NCBI RefSeq assembly: GCF_009914755.1
Contig: NC_060941.1
Source of the DNA: the human T2T-CHM13v2.0 reference genome, Homo sapiens
Length of the DNA stretch: 64,000 nucleotides
Strand: one strand, 5' to 3'
A program made the translations under genes and the position numbers. This document shows, one piece after another, positions 1 to 15,000 of the stretch. Each line of letters opens with the position of its first letter. Positions within the stretch are counted from its first letter, which is position 1. The notes beneath the pieces are model-generated. The model saw nothing but the letters and a program-made list of their open reading frames with translations. It ran no database searches and had not been told where the DNA came from.

Positions 1-3000
1 TGTAATTGACTCGAATGAAATGGCATCGAATGGAATGTAATCAAATCGAATAGAATGTAATGCAATGGAATGTAATACACTGGAATGTAACAGAATGGAA
101 CAGAATGGGATGTAATGGAATAGAAAGGATTGGAATCGAGTGGAATGAAATCGAATGGAATGGACTGGAACGGAATGGACTTGAATGGAATGCACCGGAA
201 AGAAATGGAATGGAAAGGAGTGGAATAGAACGGAATGGAATGGAATGGACTCGAATGGAATGGAGTCGAATGACATGGAATTGAATCTAAGGGAATCAAA
301 AGGAATGGAATCAAATGGAATGGAATTGAATGTAATTGAAAGAATAGAATGGAATGGAGTGTAATGGAAAGATATCAAATGGAATGGAATGGAACCGAAT
401 AGAATGGACGGAAATGGAATGGACTCGAATGACATGGACTGGAGAGGAGTGGACTCGAATGGAAAGGAAATGAATGGATTGGAATGGAATGGAATGAATA
501 GGAAGGAATGGAATGGGATGGAATGGAATGGAGTGGATTGGAATAGAATGGAATAGAATCGAACGGAATGGCATAGAATGGAATGGAATGGAATGGAATG
601 GCCTCGAATTGAATGGACTCGAATGGAATAGAATAGAATGGAATGGCATCGAATGGAATGGAAAAGAATGGAATGGAGTGGAACAAAATGTAATGGACCC
701 TAATGGAATGGACTCAAATAGAACGGATTTAAAAGGAAAGGTCTCGAATGGAATTTACTCCAATAGAATGTAATCGAATGTAATGCAATAGTATGGAATG
801 TAATCAATGGTAAGGAATGGAATGGAATGCACTGGAATAGAACGGACTCGAATGAAATGGATGGCAATGTAATTGATTCAAAAGTAATGGAATCGAATGG
901 AATGTAACCAAATGGAATGGAATGGAATGCAATGGAATGGAATACAATGGAATGCAATGGAATGGAACAGAGTGGAATCGAGTAGAATGGAATCGAATGG
1001 AATGGAATCTAAAGGAATGGACTCGAATGGAATGGAATGGAATGGAGTGAACTCGAATGAAATAGAATGGAGTGGAAAGGACACGAATGGAATGGAAACG
1101 AATGGAATGGAAAGGAAAGGAATAGAATTGAAAGAAATTTCATGGAACGGAATAGAATGGAATGGAATAGAATGGAATGGACTTGAATGGAATAGAGTAA
1201 AATGGAATGGAATGGAATCGAATGGAATGGAATTCAATGGAATCAAAAGGAATAGAATGGAATGAAGTGTAAGGGAAATTTATCAAATGGAATGGAATGG
1301 AATGGACTCCAATGGAATGACCTGGAATGTAATGGACTCATAAGGAATGGGCTGGAGTGGAATGGACTCGAATGGAATGGAAACGATTGGAATGGAATGG
1401 AATAGAAAAGAATAGAATGGAATGGAATACGATGGAAAGTAATGGAATGGAATGGTGCCAAATGGAATAGAATCGAATGAAATGGCATCCATTCAAATGG
1501 AAAGGAATGGAATGGAATGGACTCGAATGGAATGGAATAGAATGGGATAGAATCAAATTGATTGGCATCAAATTGAATGGAATGCAATGGAATGCAATGG
1601 AATGCAATGGAATGGAATTGACCAAAATGTAATGGATTATAATGGAATGGAATGGAATGGAATGGAATGGACTCGAATGGAACAGAGTCAAATGGATTGG
1701 CATCGAATTGAATGGAATGCAATGGAATGGAATTGACCAAAATGTCATGGACTAGAATGCAATGGACTCAAACAGAATGGACTTGAAAATAATGGTCTGG
1801 AATGGAATTCATTCGAATAGAATGGAATCGAATGGAATGCAATAGTATGGAATGGAATCGAACGGAATGGAATATAATGGAATGGATCAGAATGGAATGG
1901 ACTGGAATAGAATGGACTCGAATGAAATGGATTGCAATGTAATTGATTCGAATGCATTGGAATCGAATGGAATGTAATCAAATGGAAAAGAAAGGAAAGA
2001 AATCGAATGGAAGAGAATGGAATGAAATGGAATGGAATTTAGTGGAATGGACTGGAATGGAATCGAATGGAATGGAATGTAGTACAATGGAATGGAATCG
2101 AATGGAATGGACTGGAATGGAATCGAATTGAATCGTATGGACTCGAATGGAATGGAATAGAACAAAATGGAATCAAACGGATTGGAATTGAAAGGAACAG
2201 AAGGAACAGAATGGAATAGAATGGACTCAAATGGAATAGAGTCGAATGGAATGGAATCAAATGGAATGGAATAGAATGGAATGGAATTGAATGGAATTGA
2301 AAGGAATAGAATGGAATGGAGTGTAATGGAAAGATATCGAATGGAATGGACTGTAATGGAATAGCCTCCAATGGAATGGACTGAAGTGGAATGGACTCGA
2401 ATGGAATGCAAAGGAATGGATTGGAATAGAATGTAATGGAATGGAAAGGAAAGGAAAAGAATGGAATGGAGTCTGATGGAACGGAATGGAATGGAAAGGT
2501 GTCAAATGGAATAGAATTCAATGGAATTGCATTGAATTGAATGGAATGGAATTGAATGGAATGGAATGGACTCCAATGTAATGGACCCGAATGGAATAGA
2601 ATCAAAAGGAATGGCATCAAAAGGAATGGAATGGAATGGAACTGTCCCAAATGTAATGGACTAGAGTGGAATGGACTCAAATAGAATGGACTCAAAAAGA
2701 AAGGGCTCGAAGGGAATTTATTCCAATAGAATGGAATCGAATGGAATGCAATAGTATGGAGTGGAATTTAATGAAATGGAATTGAATGCAATGTACCGGA
2801 ATGGAATGGACTGGAATAGAACGGATTCGAATGTAATGGATTGCAATGAAATGGATGCGAATGGAATGGAATCGAATGGAATGTAATCAAATGGAATGGA
2901 TTGAAATGCAATGGAATGGAATAGAATGGAATGCAATGGAATGGAAGTGAGTGGAATCGAGTGGAATGGAATCGAATGAAATGGATTCGAATGGAATGGA

Positions 3001-6000
3001 CTCGAATGGAATGGACTGGAACAAAATGGAATCGAACTGATTGGAAACGAAAGGAACTGAATGGATTAGAAAGGAATGGAATGGACTCGAATGGAATGGA
3101 GTCGAATGGAATGGAACCGAATGGAAAGGAATCGAATGGAATGGTATTGTATGCAATCAAAAGGAATAGAATGGAATGGAGTGTAACAGAAAGACATCGA
3201 ATAGAAACAAATGGAATGGAATGGACTCTAATGGAATGGACTGGAATGGAATGGACTCGAATGGAATGGACATGAGTGGAAAAGACTCGAATGGAATGGA
3301 AATGAATGGAATGGAATGGAAAGGAATAGAATGCAATGGAATCAGATCGAACAGAATGGAATGGAATGGAGTTGAATGGAATAGATTTGAATGAAATGCC
3401 ATCGAATGGAATGGAATGGAATGGATTGGACTCAAATGGAAAAGAATCGAATGGAATGGAATGGAACGGAATTGAATGGACTCGAAAGGAAAAGACTGGA
3501 ATGGAATGGACTCGAATGGAATGAAGTGGAGTGGAATGGACTCGAATGGAATGGAAACTAATGGAATGGAATGGAACGGAATTGAATGGAATGGAAAGGA
3601 ATGGAAAGGAAAAAATGGAAAACAATCTGATGGAATGGAATGGAATGGAAGCTACCAAAACGTAATGGACACTAATGCAATGGACACAAATAGAATGGAC
3701 ACAAAAGGAAGGGTCTCGAATGGAATTTATTCAAAAAGAATGGAATCGAATCGCATGTGATAGTATGGAATGGAATCGAATGGAATGGAATCAATTGGAA
3801 TGGACCAGAATGGAATGGACTGGACTACAACGGACTCAAATGTAACGGATTGCAATGTATTTTATTCGAAAGGAATGGAATCGAATGGAATGTAATCAAA
3901 TGGAATGAATTGCAGTGCAATGGAATGGAATAGAGTGGAATGCAATGGAATGGAACAGAGTGGAATCGAGTGGAATGGAATCGAATGGAATGGAATCAAA
4001 TGGAATGCACTGCAATTCAATGGAGTTGATTGGAAAGGACTGGAACAAAATAGAATCGAACGAATTGGAATCGAACGCAATGGAATGGAATGGAATGGAA
4101 AAGAATGGACGTCAAGAAATGGAGTCGAATGGAATGGAACTGAATGGAATGGAATTGAATGGAATCAAAAGGAATAGAATAGAATGGAGCGTAATGGAAA
4201 GATATCGAATGGGATGGAAAGGAGTGGAAATGACTCCAATGGAATGGTCTGGAATGAAAAGGACTCGAATGGAATGGACTGGAAAGAAGTAGACTTGAAT
4301 GGAATGGACTGGAGTGGAATGGACTTGAAAGCAAAGAAAATGAATTGAATGGAAAGGAATAGAATGGAAAGGAATATAATGTAATGGAATCAGATGGAAC
4401 GGAATGGAATGAAATGGAGTCGAATGGAATGGCATTGGATAGAATGCAATGGAATGGAATCTAATGAACTTGAATGGAATGGACTCGAATGCAATAGAAT
4501 AGAATGGAATGGCATCGAATGGAATGGAATGGAAGGGAGTGTAATGGAAAGATGTCAAATGGAATGGAATGAACTCGAATGGAAGGGACTGGAATGGAAT
4601 GGACTCGAATGGAATAGATTGGAGTGGAATGGTCTCAAATGGAATGGAAACAAATGGAATGGAATTGAATGGAATGGAATTTAAAGGAATAAAATTGAAG
4701 GAATCGGATGGAATGGAATGGAACAGAAGAGAGTCCAATGGAATAGAATCGAATGGAATGACATTGAATGGAATGGAATGGAAAGGAATCGAAAGGAAAG
4801 GAATCGAAAGGAAAGACTCGAATGGAAAGGACTCGAATGGAATTGAACACAATGGAATGAGATCGAATGGAATGGAATGGAAGGGAGTGTAATGGAAAGA
4901 TATCGAATGGAATGGAATGGAATAGAATGGAATGGCCTGGAATGGATTGGACTCCAATGGAATGGACTGGAGTGGAATGGACTCGAATGGAAAGGAAACG
5001 AATTGAACAGAATGGAATGTAATGCAAACAATATAATGGAATTGAATCGGATGGAAATGAATGGAAAGGAATGGAGTCGAATGGAATAGAATCGAATTGA
5101 ATGACATCGAATGGAATGGAAAGGACTCGAAAGGTGTGGACTCGAATGGAATAGAATCAAAAGGAATGACATCCAATGGAATGGAATGTAATGGAATGGA
5201 CCCCAATGTAATGGACTCGAATGGAACAGACTCAAATAGAATGGATTTGAAAGGAGTGGTCTCTAATGGAATTTATTCAAATAGAATGGAATCAAATGGA
5301 ATTCAATAGAATGGAATGGAATTGAATGGAATGGAATTGAATGGAATGGACCAGAATGGAATGGAGTGGATAAGAACGGACTCGATTGTAATGGATTGCA
5401 ATGTAATTGTTTCGAATGGAATGGAATCAAACGGATTTTAATCAAATGGAATGGAATGGAATAAAATGGAATGGAATAGAATGGTATGCAATGGAATGGA
5501 ATGGAGTGGAATCGAGTTGAATGGAATGGAGTGGAATCAAGTTGAATGGAATGGAGTTGAATGGAATGGACTGGAATGGAGGGGACTCGAATGGAATGGA
5601 CTGGAAGAAAATGGAATCAAACGGAATTGAATCGAATAGAAACGAATGGAATGGAAAGGACTCGATTGGAATGAATTCGAATGGAATGGAATTGAATGTA
5701 ATGGAATCGAATAGAATGGAACTGAACGGAATTGAAAGGAATAGAATGGAATGGAGTGTAATGGAAAGATTTTGAATGCAATGGAATGGAATTGAAAGGA
5801 CTTGATGGAATGGACTGGAATGGAATTGACTCGAATGGAATGGACTGGAGAGGAATGGACTTCAATGGAATGGAAACGAATAGAATTTAAATGGAATGGA
5901 ATGGAATGGAATGGAAAGGAAAGGAACTGAATGGAATGGAGTCGGATGGAATGGAATGACATGGAATCGAGTTGAAAGGAAAAGAATCGAATGGAATGCC

Positions 6001-9000
6001 ATCAAATGGAATGGAATGGAATGGACTCGAATGGAAAGGACTCAAATGGTATAGAATGGAATGAAATGGCAACGAATTGAATGTAACGGAATGGAATTTA
6101 CCCAAATGTAATGTACTCAAATGGTATAGAATGGAATGAAATGGCAATGAATTGAATGTAACGGAATGGAATTTACCCAAATGTAATGGACTCGACTGGA
6201 ATGGATTCAAATAGAATGGACTCGAAAGGAATGTTCTCAAAAGGAATTTATTCAAATAGAATGGAATCGAATGGAGTGCAATAGTATGGAATGGGATCAA
6301 ATGGAATGGAATCGAATGGAATGGACCAGAATGGATTGGACTGGAACAGAACGGACTCGAATGTAATGGATTGCAATGTAATTGATTCTAATGGAATGGA
6401 ATCGAAAATAATGTAAACAAATGGAATGGAATGTAATGCAATTTAATGGAATAGAAAGTAATGCAATGGATTGGAACGGAGTGGAATAGAGTGGAATGGA
6501 ATTGAATGGAATGGAATCGAATGGAATGAACTGGAATGGAATGGACTAGAATGGAATGGAGTGGAACAAATTGGAATCGAACGGATTGGAATAGAAAGGA
6601 ATGGAAAGGAATGGAATGGAATGGAATGGACTCGAATAGAATGGAGTCAAATGGAATGGAATCGAAAGGAATGGAAATGAATGGAATGGAATTGAATGGA
6701 ATCGAAAAGAATAGAATGGAATGGAGTTTAAAGGAAATATATCGAATTGAATGGAATGGAATGGAATGGACTCGGATGGAATGGACTGGAATGGAATGGA
6801 CGCGAATGGAATGGACTGGAGTGGAATGGACTCTAATGTAATGGAAACGAATGGAATGGAATGGAAGGGAAAAGAATAGAATGGAACGGAATCGAATGGA
6901 ATGGAATGGATTCAAATGGAATAGAATCAGTTGGAATGGCATTGAATGGAATGGAATGGAATGGAATGAAATTAAATGGACTCGAATGAAATGGCCTGGA
7001 ATGGAATAGAATCGAATGCTATGGCATGGAATGGAATGGAATGGAATGGACCCAAATGTAATGGACTCAAATGGAATGGAATCAAATAGAGTGGACTCGA
7101 AAGGAATGGTTTCGAATGGAATTTATTTGAATAGAATGGAATTGAATGGAATGCAACATTATGGAATGGAATCAAATGGACTGGAATAGAACGGACCCGA
7201 ATGCCATGGATAGCAATGTAATTGATTCGAATGGAATGGAATTGAATGGAATATAATCAAACGGAATGGAAAGGAATGCAATGGAATGGAAAAGAATGGA
7301 ATGCAATGGAAAGGAACAGAGTGAAATCGAGTGGAATGGAATCAAATGCAATGGAATCGAATGGATTGGAATCGATTGGAATGGACTGGAATGGAATGGA
7401 CTCGAATGGAATGGACAGGAACAAAATGGAATCGAACGGATTGGAACCGAATGAAATGGAATGGAATGTAATGGAATGGCATCAAATGGAATGGAGTCGA
7501 ATGGAAGGGAATCGAATGGAATGGAATCGAATGGAAACAAAAGGAATAGAATTTAATGGAGTGTAATCAGTGATATCGAATGGAATGGAATGGAATGGAA
7601 TGGAATGGACCAGAATGGAATGGAACGGAATGGACTCTAATGGAATAGACTGGAGTGGAATGGACTCGAATGGAATGGAAACGAATGGAATGGAATGGAA
7701 TGGAAAAGAATAGAATGCAATGGAATCGGATGTAACTAAATGGAATGGAATGGAGTCGAATGGAGAGGAGTTGAATGGAATAATATCGAATGGATTCGAA
7801 TGGAATGGAATCGAAAGGAAAGAACTCGATTGGAACAGAATAGATTGGAATGGCATCAAAGGGAATGGAACAGAAGGTAGTGTAATGGCAAGATATCGAA
7901 TGGAATGGAATGGAATGGAATTGACTCTAATGGAATGGACTCTAATGGAATGGACTCGGATGGAGTGGACTGGAGAGGAATGGACTCGAATGGAATAGAC
8001 TGAAATGGAAGGGGCTAGAATGGTATGGACTGGAGTGGAATGGTCTCGAATGGAATGGAAAGGAATGGAACGGAATGGATTGGAATGGAAAGGAAAAGAA
8101 TGGAATGGAATCAGAAGGAACGGAATGGCATGGAATGCAATCGAAAGGAATAGAATCGAATGGAATGCAATTGAATGTAATGGAATGTACTGGACTCGAA
8201 AGGAACGGACTCGTATGGAATAGAATTGAATGGAATGGCATGGAATGGAATGGAATGGAATAGAATGGAATGCAATAAAATGGAACGGAGTGGAATGGAG
8301 TGGAATGGAATGGAATGGAATGGAATGCAATTGAAAGGAATAGAAAGAATGGAAAGTAATGGAAATATATTGAATCTAATAGAACGGAATGGAATGGACT
8401 CAAATGGTATGGACTGGAATGGAATGAAATTGAATGGCATGGACTGGAGTGGAATGGTATGGAATGGAATGAAAAGGAATGGAATGGAATGTATTGGAAT
8501 GGAAAGGAAAAGAAAGAATGGAAATGTAGGGAATGGAATGAAATGGAATGGAGTCAAATGGAATAGAATAGAATGGAATGCAATCAAATGGAATGGAATG
8601 CAATGGACTCGAATGGAATGGACTCAAATGGAATAGAATAGAATGGAATGGCATGGAATGGAATGAAATAGAATGGAATGCAATAAAATGGAATGGAGTG
8701 GAACCGAGTGAAATGGAATCGAACGGAATGGAATGGAATGGAATTGACCCATATGAAATGGAGACCAATGGAATGGAATCGAATGGAATGGAACTGAATA
8801 GAATGGAATTGAATGCAGTCGAAAGGAATAGAAAGAATGGAGAGTAAAGGAAATATGTCGAATGGAATAGAATGGAATGGAATGGACACGAATGGAATAT
8901 ACTGGAATGGAATGGAATAGAATGGAACGGACTGAAAAGGAATGGACAAGAATGGAATGGAAACGAATGGAATGGAATGGAATGGAATGGAATGGAATGG

Positions 9001-12000
9001 AATGGAATGGAAGGGAATGGAAAGGAATGGAAAGGAATAGAATGGAATGGAATCAGATGGAATGGAATAGAATGGAATAGAGTTGAAAGGAATAGAATCG
9101 AATGGAATGGCATGGAATGAAATGGAATGGAAGGGAACGGAATGGAATGGGCTCGGATGGAATGGACTGGAGTGGAATGGTCTCGAGTGGAATGGAAAAG
9201 AATGGAATGGAATGCAATGGAATGGGAAGGAATAGAACACAGCGGAATCAGATGGAATGGAATGGAATGGAATGGAGTCGAATGGAATAGAATCGAATGG
9301 ATTGCCATCAAATGGAATGGAATGCAATTGACTCGAATGAAATGGACTCGAATGGAATAGAATAGAATGGAATTGCATGGAATGGAATGGAATGGAATAG
9401 AATGGAATGTAATTAATAAAATGGAAAAGAGTGGAATCCAGTGGGATGGAATGGAATGGAATGGAATGGACTAGAATGTACCCGAATTGAGTGGAGCCGA
9501 ACAGAATGGAATCGAATGGAATGGAATTGAATAGAATGGAATTAAATGCATGTGAAAGGAATAGAAAGAATGGAAGATAATGGAAAGATATCGAATGGAA
9601 TAGAATGGAATGGAATGGACTCAAATGGAATGGACTTTAATGGAATGGAATCCAATGGAATGGACTGGAGTGGAATGGACTCGAATGGAAAGTAAACGAA
9701 TGGAAGGGAATGGAATGGAATGGAATGGAATGGAAAGGAAAGGAATAGAATGGAATGGAATCGGATGGAACGGAATGGAATGGAATCGAATCGAATGGAA
9801 TGGACTCGAATGGAATGGACTGGAACAAAATGGAATGGAAAGGATTGGAATAGAAAGGATTGGAAGGGAATGGAATGAAATGGAATTGACTCGAATGGAA
9901 TGCAGTCGAATGGAATAGAATCGAATCAAATGGAGTCGAATGGAATGGAATCGAATGGAAAGGTATGGAATGGAATCGAAAGGAATAGAATGGAATGGAG
10001 TGTAATGGAAATATATCACATGGCATGGAATCGATGGAATGGATTCGAATGGAATGGATGGGAATGGAATGTAATCAAATGGGATGGACTGGAGTTGAAT
10101 GGACAGGAATGGAATGGAAAAGAATGGAATGGAATGGAATGAACTCGATTGGATTCTACTGGAAAAAAGTGGAAACGAATGGATTGAAATGGAATAGAAC
10201 AGAATGGAATGGAATGGAATGGAATCAAATGGAATGGAGTCGAATGGAATGTAATCAATGGAATGAAAAAGAACGGAATGAAAATGAATGGAATTGAAAG
10301 GATTAGAATGGAATGCAGGGTAATGGAAAGATGTCAAAAGGAAAGGATTGGAATGGAATGCACTCGAATGAAATGGAATGGAATGGAATGGAACAGAATG
10401 GAATGGAATTGGATGGAACGGAATGGAACTGAATGGCGTCGAATGGAATTGAATCCAATGGAATGGCATTGAATGGAATGGAAAGGAATGGAATGGAATT
10501 GAAAGGAATAGAAAGGAATGGAAACGGATGGAATGGAATGGAATGGAGTCGAATGGAATAGAATCGAATGGAATGTTGTCGAATGGAATGGAATGGACTC
10601 GAATGGAATGGAAACGAATTGAATGGAATTGAATGGAATGGAATGGAATGGAAAGGATTAGAATGGAATGGAATTGGATGGAACGGAATGGAATGGAATG
10701 GAGTCGATTGGAATAGAATCAAATGGAATGGCATTGAATGGAATGCAATGGAATGGAATGGATTGGAATGGATTGGAATGGAATGGAATTGAATGGAATG
10801 GACTCGAATGAAAAAGAATAGAATGGAATGGCATCGAATGGAAGGGGATGAAATGGAATGGAATGGACGCAAATGTAAGGGATTCAAATGGAATGGACTC
10901 AAATAGAATGGACTCGAAAGGAAAGGACCCGAATGGAATTTATTCAAATAGAGTGCAATCGAATGGAATGCAATAGTATGGAATGGAATAGAATGGAATG
11001 GACCGGAATGGAATGGAAAGGAATAGAAAGGAATCCAGTGTATTGGATTGCAATGTATTTGATTCGAATGGAATGGAATGTAATCATATGGAATTGAATG
11101 GAATGCAATGGAATGGAATAGAATGGGATGTAATGTAATGGACCGGAGTGAAATCGAGTGGAATGGAATCAAATGGAATGGAATCAAATGGAATGGAATT
11201 GATTGGCATGGACCGGAATGGAATGGCCTCGAATGGAATAGACTGGAAGAAAATGGAATTGCACGGATTGGAACCGAACAAAATAGAATGGAATGAAATG
11301 GAATGGCCTTGAATGGAATGCAATCAAATGGAATGTAATCGAATGCAATTGAATGGAATCAAATGGAAAGGAATTGAACGGAATCGAAAGGAATAGAATG
11401 GAGTGGAGTGTAACGGAAAGATATTGAATGCAGTGGAATGGAATGGAATGGACTCGAATGGAATGGACTGGGATGGAATGGACTCGAATTGAATGGACTG
11501 GAGTGGAATGGGCTAGAATGGAATGGAAATGAAACGACTGGAACAGGATGGAATGGAACGGAATGGAATCGAATGGAAATGAATAGAATGGAAAGGAATC
11601 AGATAGAATGGAATGGAAGGGAGTGCAATGGAAAGATATTGAATGGAATGGAATGGAATGGAATTGACTGGAATGGACGGGAATGGAATCGACTAGAATG
11701 GAATGGACTGGAACAAAATGGAATCGAACGAATTGGAACTGAAAGAAATGGAATGGAATGAAATGGAATGGCCTCGAATGGAAAGGAGTCAAATGGAATG
11801 GAATCGCATGGAATGGAATGGAGTCGAATGGAATCGAAAGGAATAGAATGGAATGGAGAGTAAAGGAAAGATTTTGAATGCAATGGAATGGAATGGAACG
11901 GAATCGAATGGAATGGACTGGAAAGTAATGGACTCGAATTGAATGGACTGCAATGGAATGGGCTAGATGGAATGGAAACGAATGGAATGGAATGGAATGT

Positions 12001-15000
12001 TATCGGATGCAATGGAATGGAATGGAATGGAGTCGATTGGAACACAATGAAATGGAATAGCATCGAATGAAATGGAATGGAATGGAATGGACTCGCATGA
12101 AAAAGAACAGAATGGAATGGCATTGAATGGAATGGGATGGAATGGAAAGGGTTGGAATGGAATGGACCCAAATGTAATGGACTCAAATGGAATGGACTCA
12201 TACACAATGGACTCGAAAGGAATGGTCTCAAATGGAATTTATTCGAATCGAATGGAATCGAATGGAATGCAATAGTATGGAATGGAATAGAATGGAATGC
12301 AATCGAATGGAATGGAATGGAATAAAATGGTCTGGAATAGAAAGGACTTGAATATAATGGATTTCAATGTAATTGATTTGAATGGAATTTAATTGAATGG
12401 AATGTAACCACATGGATTGGAATGGAATGCAATGGAATGCAATAGAATGCAATGCAAAGGAATGGAATGTATTGGAATCGAGTTGAACAGAATCGAATGG
12501 AATGGAATCGAGTGGCAAGGAATTGAATGCAATGGACTGGAATGGAAGGGACTCGAATGGAATGTATGGAAAAAAACGGAATCGAACAGATTGGAATCGA
12601 ATGGAAAGGAATGGAATGGACTCAAAAGGAATGGACTCAAAAGGAATGGAGTTGAATGGAATGTAATCAATACAATGAAAACGAATGGAATGGAACTGAA
12701 TGGAATCGAAAGAAATAGAATGGAATGGAGGGTAATGGAAAGATATTGAATGGAATGGATTGGAATGGAATGGACTCGAATGGAATAGACTGGAATGGAA
12801 TGGACTGGAATGGAATGGACTGGAATTGAATGGACAGGAGTGGAATGTGCTAGAATGGAATGGAAACGAATGGAATGGAATAGAATGGAATGGAATGGAA
12901 TGGAATCGAATGGAAAGGAATTGAATGGAAAGGAATCGGATGGAAAGGAACGGAAAGGAGTGTAATGGAAAGATTTCAAATGGAAACGAATGGTATGGAA
13001 TGGACTCAAATGGAATGCACGGGAATGGAATGGACTCGAATTGAATGTACTGGAGTGGAATGGTATTGAATGGAATGGAATACAGTGGAATGGAAAAAAA
13101 TAGAATAGAATGGAATCGGATGGAACGGAATGGAACGGAACGGAGTCAAATGGAATAGAATCAAATGGAATGCAATTGAATGGAAAGGAATGCAATGGAC
13201 TCGAATGAAATGGACTCCAATGGAATAGAATAGAATGGAATGTCATGGAATGGGATGGAATAGAATTGAATGCAATAACATGTAACGGAGCAGAATCGAG
13301 TGGAATGGAATGGAATGGTACGGAATGGAATGGAATGTACCCGAATGGAATGAAGTCGAATAGAATGGAATCGAATGGAATGGAATTGGATAGAATGGAA
13401 TTGAATGAAATCGAAAGTAATAGAAAGAATGGAGGGTAATGGAAAGATATCGAATGGAATGGAATGGAATGGAATGGACTCGAATGCAATGGACTGGAGT
13501 GGAAAGGACACTAATGGAATGGAAACGAATGGAAATAAATGAAATGGAAAGGAAGAGAATGGAAGGGAATTGGATGGAATCGGATGGAATGGAATGGAGT
13601 CCAATGGAATAGAATCGAATGGAAAGGCATCGAATGGAAGGGAATGGAATCAAATGGAATGGACTCAAATGGAATAGAATAGAATGGAATGGAATTTAAT
13701 GAAAACGAAAGGAATAGAATGGAATGGAGTGTAATGGAAATACATCGAATGGAATGGAATGGAATGGAATGTACTTGAATGGAATTTACTGGAATGGAAT
13801 GGACTCGAATGGAATTGACTGGAGTGGAAAGGACTCGAATGGAGTGGAAACGAATGGAAAGGATTAGAAGGGACACGAATAGAACGGAATGGAATTGGAT
13901 GGAATGGAATGGAAAGGAATGGAGTCGAATGGAATGGACACTAATGGAATGGATTCGAATGGAAAGGACTGGTGTGGAATGGAATTGAATGCAATGGAAG
14001 CAAGTGGAATGGAATGGAATGGAAAGGAATGGAATGGAATGGAATGGAAAGGAATGGAATGGAAAGGAATGGACTCGATTGGAATGGAGTTGAATGAAAT
14101 GGCATCGAAATTAATCAAATCAAATGGAATGGAACTGAATGCAATTGAAAGGAATAGCATTGAATGAAGAGTAATGGATAGATATCGAATGGAAAGGAAT
14201 GGAATGGAATAGACAGAAATGGAATGGAAAAGAATGGAATGGAATGGAATGGAAAGGAATAGAATGGAATGAAATTGGATGGAACGGAATGGAATGGAAT
14301 GGAGTCAAATGGAAGGGAATCGAATGGAATGGCAACGAATGGAATGGAATGGAATGCAAAAGACTCAAATGGAATGGACTCCAATGGAATAGAATCGAAT
14401 GGAGTGGCATTGAATAGAATGGAATGGAAAGGAATGGAATGGAATGGAATGGACACAAATGTAATGGATTCAAATGGAATGGACTGAAAAAGAACGGACT
14501 CAAAAGGAATGGTCTCAAATGTAATTTATTCAAATAGAATGGAATTGAATGGAATGCAAGAGTATGGAATGGAATCGAATGGAATGGACTGGAATGGAAT
14601 GGACTGGAATAGAACAGACTCGAGTGTAATGGATTGCAAAGTAATTGATTCGAAAGGAATGGAATCGAATGGAATGTAATCAAATGGAATGGAATGAAAT
14701 GCAATGGAAAGGAATAGAATGGAATGCAATGGAATGGAATGGTATGGAATCGAGTGGAATGGATTCGAATGGAATGGAAACAAATGGAATGGAGTGAATT
14801 GGAATGGACTCGAATGGAATGCACTGGAAGAAAATGGAATGGAAAGGATTGGAATCGAAAGGAAAGGAATGGAATGGAACAGAATGGAATGGAATGGAAT
14901 GCAATCGAACAGAATGCAGTCGAATGCAATGGATCCAACTGGAATGGAATCGAATGGAATGGAATTGAATGGATTCGAAAGGAATAGAATGGAATGGAGT

